In this document: in pieces, positions 63,978 to 64,000 of the stretch
Position numbering within the stretch: position 1 is the stretch's first letter
Layout of the letters: every line of letters starts with the position of its first letter
DNA from: Felis catus
Lineage: Eukaryota
Direction of reading: 5' to 3'
Length of the DNA stretch: 64,000 nt
Assembly (NCBI RefSeq): GCF_018350175.1
Contig: NC_058368.1
Location: 30,692,001 to 30,756,000, forward strand
Notes under the pieces: model-generated
Databases searched by the model: none
Told to the model about the DNA's origin: nothing
Seen by the model: only the letters and a program-made list of their open reading frames with translations
Made by a program: the position numbers and the translations under genes

Positions 63978-64000
63978 GAACATATATATGTATATATATA
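63872..64000 (+). mobile_element. Carnivore L1 3' fragment with (TA)n expansion, runs off the window
   Basis: caaaattatggaaagagcccaaatgtccattgactgatgaatggataaagatgatgtgg followed by (TA)n. Confidence 0.85.

Noticed and set aside
1..64000. Known miRNA hairpins, tRNA/rRNA genes, CRISPR-like arrays or a named host gene
   Set aside because: I recognised none by eye. The tRNA-like A/B boxes belong to SINEs. The locus cannot be identified without alignment.

Overview
Non-coding mammalian genomic DNA, almost certainly from a cat-family (felid) genome, judged from about 15 tRNA-derived CAN-SINEs including two young SINEC_Fc-type copies. It looks like a large intron or intergenic region. I could not support any functional protein-coding gene: the supplied ORFs are short and either random or derived from repeats. 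Other content: L1 and L2 LINE fragments, MIRs, MaLR/ERVL LTRs, DNA transposons (internally deleted Tigger1, MER58-type, MER20), microsatellites, a tailless U3 snoRNA 5' retro-fragment with a target-site duplication (TSD), an ancient CR1/L3 reverse-transcriptase remnant, a dispersed ~118-bp local duplication, and a CpG-enriched candidate regulatory block (~17-20.5 kb) with a consensus CTCF site. I found no convincing new biological system. Repeat family names come from recalled consensus sequences, and boundaries of old repeats are approximate.
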